From the IMG/VR virus record IMGVR_UViG_3300028832_002797: a stretch of 41,232 nucleotides of DNA; one strand, 5' to 3'. The notes beneath the pieces were generated by a model. It searched no databases, was not told where the DNA came from, and saw only the letters and a program-made list of their open reading frames with translations. This document shows positions 40,806 to 41,232 of this stretch, one piece after another. The translations under genes and the position numbers were made by a program. This DNA comes from a virus. Lineage: Duplodnaviria; Heunggongvirae; Uroviricota; Caudoviricetes. Positions within the stretch are counted from its first letter, which is position 1, and each line of letters begins with the position of its first letter.

Positions 40806-40935
40806 TTTCCTTCATAATAAAATTTCCATTTGCGTCTAGCTTATAATGAAAAACACGCCTCTCAGCGTCCCACACTTCGAGGTATGTTATACCGTTGTCA
40901 CGGTATTTGTCTACTTTTTCGGTTTTCTTAGCCAT
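40786..40935 (-). CDS. Small hypothetical protein (49 aa)
   Basis: Hand-translated MAKKTEKVDKYRDNGITYLEVWDAERRVFHYKLDANGNFIMKEIDDANN; coupled to the upstream stop. Confidence 0.5.
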   Translation of the reverse strand: MAKKTEKVDKYRDNGITYLEVWDAERRVFHYKLDANGNFIMKEIDDANN

Positions 40936-41232
40936 TATGCGTCAATCTCCTGAATAATAACCTTTAACGGCTTTCCAGCAGCTTGGATTCTTTCGATATT
41001 GCACTTGACACCATAGCTTGTACCGTTCCAGAAAGCAATGGCACCGTCACAGGCTTCGCACATGGCCTTATCCTTGACCTGGTAGAATTCCTCACCGTAC
41101 TTTCCCTGAGATTGCTCCCATAGAGAAACGACGTTTGGGAACTCACAGCGCCTCGGTTTTTCCGTGGACGTATAAACTGTCACCCGGTCAAAACCGTGAG
41201 CTTTAAGGTACTTCTGTGCGAGAATATCGACG
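40935..41232 (-). CDS. SLOG-superfamily-like protein (5' partial)
   Basis: KDKAMCEACDGAIAFWNGTSYG..NI; frame stays open to the window edge. Confidence 0.6.
   Translation of the reverse strand, partial: VDILAQKYLKAHGFDRVTVYTSTEKPRRCEFPNVVSLWEQSQGKYGEEFYQVKDKAMCEACDGAIAFWNGTSYGVKCNIERIQAAGKPLKVIIQEIDA

Noticed and set aside
1-41232. Stop-codon reassignment (code 15 or 4)
   Set aside because: Standard-code ORFs tile the window, conserved enzymes are uninterrupted, and TAG/TGA end genes right at promoters or next starts
1-41232. CRISPR array, transposase, integrase, NadD/NadM adenylyltransferase, smpB, virion genes
   Set aside because: No regularly spaced direct repeats and no diagnostic motifs found in any ORF

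Overview
This window is most likely an accessory/early region of a large lytic dsDNA phage. It is AT-rich, densely coded almost entirely on the minus strand, has many short hypothetical ORFs and no virion genes; the host cannot be assigned from this sequence. It carries a translation-rescue toolkit (two tRNA clusters, an isolated tRNA-like gene, tmRNA, RtcB, Pth2), NAD+/ADP-ribose genes (pncA, pncB, nadE, bacterial-type PARG, a SLOG protein, an NDT-like/phosphoesterase fusion), purA, a vWA protein, a radical SAM protein, Hsp20, a rhomboid, a PspA-like protein and an M18 aminopeptidase. The best candidate novel system is three unannotated 20-24-codon leader ORFs. Each follows the same distinct promoter motif and precedes an intrinsic terminator; two have clear antiterminator pairings and one a weaker one, i.e. 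ribosome-controlled attenuators. Two sit directly upstream of tRNA clusters. In the cluster fully visible here, 10 of 11 consecutive leader codons (AAA, CAA, ATA, AGA, CAG) are exactly the codons read by the six downstream tRNAs. This suggests the phage senses depletion of specific tRNAs and switches on their replacements. Two of those tRNAs lack a D-arm. Also notable: 13 terminator/promoter fusion cassettes, a deamidating NAD salvage route, and a structured ~300-nt region encoding an ssrA-tag-like peptide. All folds and family calls were made by eye, without tools.
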